Shown here: piece by piece, positions 59,148 through 64,000 of the stretch | How positions within the stretch are numbered: position 1 is the stretch's first letter | Layout: the number at the start of each line of letters is the position of its first letter | From: Candidatus Eiseniibacteriota bacterium | GTDB taxonomy: Bacteria; Eisenbacteria; RBG-16-71-46 | Direction: 5' to 3' | Length of the DNA: 64,000 nt | Assembly (NCBI GenBank): GCA_963725865.1 | Contig: CAVSAC010000014.1 | Location: 224,001 to 288,000, forward strand | Notes under the pieces: generated by a model | What the model was told of the DNA's origin: nothing | Databases searched by the model: none | Seen by the model: the letters and a program-made list of their open reading frames with translations, nothing else | Position numbers and translations under genes: made by a program

Positions 59148-59798
59148 ATGTCGCGGCGCATCCTGATCGGCATCGCGGGGGGGTCGGGCTCGGGCAAGAC
59201 GCTCGTGGCGCGCACCATCGTCCGCGAACTGGGTTCTGACCGCGTCGTCATCATCGATCAGGACTCCTACTACAAGAACCTCGAGGACATCCCGCTCCGC
59301 GACCGCGAGGCGCGCAACTTCGACCACCCCGACGCGTTCGACAACGGCCTGCTGGTGCAGCACATCCAGGACCTGCTCGCGGGGCGCCCGGTCGAGCAGC
59401 CGATCTACGACTACGCCGAACACCGCCGGCTGGCCGAGACCCGCCACATCGGCGATCACCACATCATCGTGCTCGAGGGCATCCTGATCTTCCACGAGCC
59501 CGAGCTGCGCGACCTGATGCACATCAAGCTGTTCATCGACGCCGACCCCGACGTGCGCTTCATCCGCCGCCTGCGCCGCGACATCATCGAGCGCGGCCGC
59601 TCGGTGGACAGCGTGATCCGCCAGTACGAGGAGAGCGTGCGGCCGATGCACCTGCAGTTCGTGGACCCGGCCAAGCGCTACGCCGACGTCATCATCCCCG
59701 AGGGCGGGCACAACAAGGTCGCGATCGACCTGGTGAAGACCAAGATCCGCTCCCTGCTGCGCGAGGCCGAGCGCGAGGACGCGCCCGCGCGCTCGTAG
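59148..59798 (+). CDS. udk: Uridine kinase
   Basis: IGIAGGSGSGKT, QDSYYK, NFDHPDAFD, RRLRRDI.ERGR, VRPMH.QF, ADVIIPEGG.N. Confidence 0.96.
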   Translation: MSRRILIGIAGGSGSGKTLVARTIVRELGSDRVVIIDQDSYYKNLEDIPLRDREARNFDHPDAFDNGLLVQHIQDLLAGRPVEQPIYDYAEHRRLAETRHIGDHHIIVLEGILIFHEPELRDLMHIKLFIDADPDVRFIRRLRRDIIERGRSVDSVIRQYEESVRPMHLQFVDPAKRYADVIIPEGGHNKVAIDLVKTKIRSLLREAEREDAPARS

Positions 59799-59819
59799 GC
59801 GGCATCGATGGCGTCACGA

Positions 59820-59851
59820 CGAAGGCCCCGGTCACCCGACCGGGGCCTTCG
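59820..59851. terminator. Hairpin between convergent genes
   Basis: CGAAGGCCCCGGTC-N4-GACCGGGGCCTTCG, 14-bp perfect stem. Confidence 0.7.
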
Positions 59852-59884
59852 CGTTGCCGACTCGCCTGCCGCGCGGAGGGCGCG

Positions 59885-61954
59885 TCAGGCGCGGCGCGAC
59901 TCCGCGGTCACGCGCCGCGCCGTGATGCGCGGGTGCGCGTTCCGTTTCGCCGGCGCCTGGAGCAGGTGCCACACCCGCAGCGCCTCGGACACCGACCACG
60001 CCTGCGCGAAGCAGCCCTTGGGCGCGTGCGGCGGATCGCCCTCGGCCACCTCGGGCAGCGTGCCCACCCCCATCTCGCCGATCAGGTCGCCGAGCGGCTC
60101 GAGGAACGCCAGCGCGGCCGCGCGGTCGCCGTGCACCTGGAAGTGCGCCAGCGCGTAGTGCGGCAGCAGCCAGGTCCACACGGTGCCCTGGTGGTACGCG
60201 CCGTCGCGCGCCCGGCGGTCGCCGGTGAAGCGTCCCCGGTACGCCACCTCGGTGGGTGCGAGGCTGCGCAGCCCGTGCGAGGTGAGGAGCAGCCTGCCGC
60301 ACGCGTCGAGCACCGCGCGCCGGCGCGCGGGCGGCAGCGGACTGTCGGGGAGCGAGACGGCGAACAGCATGTTCGGCCGCAGCGAGGGATCCGAGCCTTC
60401 CGGACCGTCGAGAACGTCGAACAGCGCCTGCGTCGGCTCATTCCAGAACCGCTCGAACGAGGTCTCGACCCGGCGCGCCAGCCGCTCGTACCCCTCGGCC
60501 GGGCGGTCGAGCTTGCGCGCGAAGCGCGCCAGCGTGAGGAGCGCCCCGTACCAGAGCGCGTTGATCTCGACCGGCTTGCCCTGCCGCGGGGTCACCACCC
60601 AGTCCTCGACCTTGGCGTCCATCCAGGTCAGCTGAACGCCGGCCTCACCGGCGTCGATCAGGCCGTCGCGCTCGTCGACGTGGATGCCGTAGCGGGTGCC
60701 GCGCTCGTACCAGGCGCACACCTCTTCGAGCGCCGGGAACACCTCGCGCAGCAGCGCGTCGTCGCCGGTGGCGTCGTGATAGGCGCGCACCGCCTGGAAC
60801 AGCCACAGCGCGGAGTCGACGGAGTTGTACGTCGGCGGCTCGCCCTGGTCGGGGAAGTAGTTCGGCAGCATCCCGCGGTCGAGGTGCCGCACGAACGTGG
60901 ACAGGATCATGCGAGCGATCTCGGGACGCCCGGTCGCGAGCGTGAGCCCGGGCAGCGCGATCATGGTGTCGCGGCCCCAGTCGCTGAACCACGGGTAGCC
61001 CGCGATCACGGTGCGCCCGTTCGGCAGGCCGGACTGCGCGCGGTCGACGATGAACGCGTCGGCCGCCCGCACCAGGCACTGCACCCACTCGGGCGCGTGC
61101 TTCGAGGCATCGGGCTGCGCCTGGCGCCAGGCGTCGAGCAGCGACTTGTCGTGCGCGCGCCGCCGCGCGAGTGAGCCCGCCAGCGCGAGCGGACCGGAGC
61201 CGCCGCGGCCGGCGTCGTGGCGCGTGCTCGCCACCACCGTGAGCGCCTCGCCGTCGGCGAGCGTCGCGGTGAACGTGCCCACCATGAGGTGATCGTCGAG
61301 CGCGTCCAGCCCGCGCTCCTCCTCGAGCGCCAGTGCGAATCCGCGATACCAGTCGTGGGCCGGCTCCACGTGCGCGCCCGGGGCCACCAGCCATAGCGGA
61401 GTGGCACCCTCGAACGCCTCGACCCGCAGGCCGCCGGACACCGGCTCGACCCGGGCCTGCCAGTCGCCGTGCCCGAGCGTGGTGTGGGCGTCGCGATGGT
61501 TGACGAGCGCCTTCAGTCGCAGCGTCACCGGCGCGCGCGCCGAGGTGACCCGGTAGTGCACGTACGTGGTGTTCTCGCCGTGCTCCATCCACACGCGCTT
61601 CTCGAGGCGCGCGTCGCCCACCGCCCAGGTCCAGACCGGCACGCTCTCCTCGAGCGCGAACGACTCCAGGTGCGCGAGCCCGGGCGCCTGGACCACGCCT
61701 CCGGCCCAGCGGTTGGCGTCGAGGTCGTGCGGCGTGCCGTCGACCTCGAGCGTCTCCGCGAGCTTGGTGAGCATCAGCGTGCGGCCCACCGGGGGCCGCA
61801 GCGCGGCGACCAGCAGGCCGTGATAGCGACGGCCCAGCATGCCGCCGAGCGTGCCGCACGCGTAGCCGCCGATGCCGTTGGTGACCAGCCATTCCAGCGC
61901 GCCCGAAGTGGCGGGCGAGGCGAGGCGGTCTCTTCCGAAACGGAGTGCGCTCAT
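59885..61954 (-). CDS. Amylo-alpha-1,6-glucosidase (glycogen debranching enzyme family)
   Basis: EWLVTNGIGGYA, RRYHGLL, IAGYPWFSDWGRDTMI, LTWMDAK, GKPVEINALW, YHQGTVW, QAWSV.E. Confidence 0.94.
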   Translation of the reverse strand: MSALRFGRDRLASPATSGALEWLVTNGIGGYACGTLGGMLGRRYHGLLVAALRPPVGRTLMLTKLAETLEVDGTPHDLDANRWAGGVVQAPGLAHLESFALEESVPVWTWAVGDARLEKRVWMEHGENTTYVHYRVTSARAPVTLRLKALVNHRDAHTTLGHGDWQARVEPVSGGLRVEAFEGATPLWLVAPGAHVEPAHDWYRGFALALEEERGLDALDDHLMVGTFTATLADGEALTVVASTRHDAGRGGSGPLALAGSLARRRAHDKSLLDAWRQAQPDASKHAPEWVQCLVRAADAFIVDRAQSGLPNGRTVIAGYPWFSDWGRDTMIALPGLTLATGRPEIARMILSTFVRHLDRGMLPNYFPDQGEPPTYNSVDSALWLFQAVRAYHDATGDDALLREVFPALEEVCAWYERGTRYGIHVDERDGLIDAGEAGVQLTWMDAKVEDWVVTPRQGKPVEINALWYGALLTLARFARKLDRPAEGYERLARRVETSFERFWNEPTQALFDVLDGPEGSDPSLRPNMLFAVSLPDSPLPPARRRAVLDACGRLLLTSHGLRSLAPTEVAYRGRFTGDRRARDGAYHQGTVWTWLLPHYALAHFQVHGDRAAALAFLEPLGDLIGEMGVGTLPEVAEGDPPHAPKGCFAQAWSVSEALRVWHLLQAPAKRNAHPRITARRVTAESRRA

Positions 61955-62253
61955 GATCCCTCCCTGCGGAGTCCGTGCGCGTGGTTCCGTCGTGGGGAAG
62001 TCGGAGCGATGGATGCTGCGGCGCGGCGCGGACTGCGTTCAGATCGCAGCTCGCGGCCACTGTACGCCTCCGGCCCGACGACGGAAAGCGGAACCGGCCG
62101 GCGACGGGGTCGGCGGCGTGACCGCACCGCGCGCCGTAGTGGCCGCCGCGCGTGCACCGTGGCACGTCCCACGCGCGGCCCGGCGCGTCCCGCCGCGCTC
62201 ACGCGGTCGCCGCCGTTGACGCTGTACCGGGCCGCGGGTAACGTGCCTCCGCC

Positions 62254-62931
62254 ATGTCCGAACCCACCTATCCGTTCCCCAGCACCGGTTGGATCGAAGT
62301 GATCGTCGGGAGCATGTACAGCGGCAAGACGGAGGAGCTGATCCGCCGCCTGCGCCGCGCCCAGATCGCCCGCCAGCGGGTCGAGATCTTCAAGCCCGGC
62401 ATCGACGACCGCTACGCCGCCGACGCCATCGTCTCGCACAGCGAGCTGCGCATCCCATCCCGCGCGGTGAAGTCCGCGAAGGACGTGCTGAAGCACGCCC
62501 ACGAGGCGCAGGTGATCGGCATCGACGAGGGCCAGTTCCTCGGCCCCGAGCTGGTCGGCGTGTGCCAGGAGCTGGCGCGGCGCGGCAAGCGGGTGATCGT
62601 CGCGGGGCTCGACCAGGACTACCTCGGCCAGCCGTTCGAGCCGATGCCGCAGCTGCTCGCGGTGGCGGAGTACATCACCAAGACGCTCGCCATCTGCGTG
62701 GTCTGCGGCGAGCCCGCGAACCGCACGTATCGCAAGGTGCAGAAGCGCGGGCGCGTGGTGGTGGGCGGCGCCGAGCTCTACGAGGCCCGCTGCCGGCGCT
62801 GCCACGCGCTCGGCCGGCGCGCGGCGCCTCCCACGACCCCAGACTCCGGAGGTTCCCGTGTCGTTTCGTCGGATCGTGCGCGCCGTCCTCGTGCTCGCGC
62901 TGCCGCTGGCGCTCGTCGCCGGGTGCGGTAA
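62254..62931 (+). CDS. tdk: Thymidine kinase
   Basis: [35 protein letters not shown] and YEARCRRC zinc site. Confidence 0.96.
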   Translation: MSEPTYPFPSTGWIEVIVGSMYSGKTEELIRRLRRAQIARQRVEIFKPGIDDRYAADAIVSHSELRIPSRAVKSAKDVLKHAHEAQVIGIDEGQFLGPELVGVCQELARRGKRVIVAGLDQDYLGQPFEPMPQLLAVAEYITKTLAICVVCGEPANRTYRKVQKRGRVVVGGAELYEARCRRCHALGRRAAPPTTPDSGGSRVVSSDRARRPRARAAAGARRRVR

Positions 62932-63892
62932 GAGCAGCGAGCAGTCCCCCGCCCCCGCGGCCACGCCTGGCAAGCCGAAGGTCGGGCTGGTGTTCGACGT
63001 CGGTGGGCGCGGGGACAAGTCGTTCAACGACGCCGCCTACGCGGGCCTCGAGCGCGCCAAGGCCGAGCTCGGAATCGAATTCGTCACGCTCGAAACGGGC
63101 GAGGGCACCGATCGCGAGGCCGCGATGCGCCAACTCGCCGCCGGCGGCTGCCACCTGGTGTTCGGAGTCGGCTTCCTGTTCTCGGACGACATCAAGTCGC
63201 TCGCGCAGGAGTTCCCGGACGTGAAGTTCGCGTGCGTGGACTACACGGTGAAGGAGGGCGAGGAGCTGCCCCCCAACCTGCTCGCGCTGAAGTTCAAGGA
63301 AGAGGAGGGCTCCTACCTGGTGGGCGCGCTGGCGGCCCTGATGAGCAGGACGCGCAAGGTCGGCTTCGTCGGCGGCATGGAGATCCCGCTCATCAAGAAG
63401 TTCGAAGCCGGCTACCGGGCGGGCGTGAAGGCGATCGATCCGAAGACCGAGGTGATGGTCAAGTACGCGGGTGCCACCGGCACCGCGTTCAAGGACCCGA
63501 CCAAGGGCAAGGAACTGGCGCTCGCCGAGTACCACGCCGGCGCCGACATCATCTACCACGCCTCCGGCTCGACCGGCCTCGGCGTGTTCGAGGCCGCACG
63601 CGAGCTGAAGAAGCTCGCGATCGGCGTGGACTCCGACCAGTACGACGAAGCGCCCGGGGTGGTGCTCACCTCGATGATCAAGCGCGTCGACACCGCGGTG
63701 TTCGACACCATCCGCGAACTGAGCGCGGGCAAGTGGAGCGGCGGCATCCGCCAGTTCGGCCTGGCCGAGAAGGGCGTGGGCTGGGTGTACGACGACCGCA
63801 ACAAGGCCCAGATCCCCGACCGCGTGAAGATGGTCGTGGATTCGCTCGAGGCCGAGATCATCGCGGGCAAGATCGCCGTGCCCTCGCAGTAG
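62858..63892 (+). CDS. BMP family ABC substrate-binding lipoprotein (PnrA/TmpC-like)
   Basis: GGAGG RBS, LVAGC lipobox, [32 protein letters not shown]. Confidence 0.93.
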   Translation: MSFRRIVRAVLVLALPLALVAGCGKSSEQSPAPAATPGKPKVGLVFDVGGRGDKSFNDAAYAGLERAKAELGIEFVTLETGEGTDREAAMRQLAAGGCHLVFGVGFLFSDDIKSLAQEFPDVKFACVDYTVKEGEELPPNLLALKFKEEEGSYLVGALAALMSRTRKVGFVGGMEIPLIKKFEAGYRAGVKAIDPKTEVMVKYAGATGTAFKDPTKGKELALAEYHAGADIIYHASGSTGLGVFEAARELKKLAIGVDSDQYDEAPGVVLTSMIKRVDTAVFDTIRELSAGKWSGGIRQFGLAEKGVGWVYDDRNKAQIPDRVKMVVDSLEAEIIAGKIAVPSQ

Positions 63893-63907
63893 CCCACGGA
63901 GGACAGG

Positions 63908-64000
63908 ATGAGCGCACCGGCCGGAGCCTGGACCGACCTCGGGGGCGGCGTGCGCGTCCGCCAGAGCGCCGCGTTCTGGATGAACTCCACGCTGCTGCTG
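63908..64000 (+). CDS. Partial CDS, possibly an MBL-fold hydrolase N-terminus
   Basis: GGAGG RBS then MSAPAGAWTDLGGGVRVRQSAAFWMNSTLLL, open to the window end. Confidence 0.5.
   Translation, partial: MSAPAGAWTDLGGGVRVRQSAAFWMNSTLLL

Noticed and set aside
61955..62253. Possible ncRNA in the 300-nt divergent gap (TTCCGTCGT...ACGACGGAA)
   Set aside because: Explainable as two divergent promoter regions, and no recognisable RNA family motif.
62858..62931. 74-nt overlap of tdk and the BMP gene
   Set aside because: The tdk tail after the last zinc Cys pair is low-complexity run-on, and the BMP gene has its own GGAGG RBS and lipobox.

Overview
64-kb window of very GC-rich, gene-dense bacterial chromosome with about 46 supportable CDS. 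I saw no rRNA, tRNA, CRISPR array, transposase or phage genes. The gene content (TonB-dependent receptor, PorV-like barrel, FlgD/T9SS-like C-terminal domains, a C-terminal TWGxVKxxYR motif) suggests a diderm of the FCB-superphylum neighbourhood such as Ca. Eisenbacteria; this is inference only. Housekeeping genes: clpB (partial), aceE, metH, a thioesterase-E2-lipB-iscA-DUF2203-nadA-lipA run, rpiB, add, udk, tdk, a BMP lipoprotein, a glycogen debranching enzyme and many peptidases (S9, 2x S8, 3x M16). Best candidates for an undescribed system: (1) 42.5-55.5 kb, a TonB-dependent receptor with no SusD-like gene, clustered with a PorV-like barrel, two paralogous secreted proteins with near-identical T9SS-like C-termini, two lipoproteins and an OB-fold/FlgD protein, next to nucleoside-salvage genes; (2) 29.8-35.2 kb, a CRISPR-free cassette of ECF sigma, soluble zinc-finger anti-sigma, TPR-CHAT caspase-like protease and subtilase; (3) two paralogous lipoprotein genes sharing a promoter and a possible structured ~105-nt leader. 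All family calls are by eye from motifs; no database search was run.
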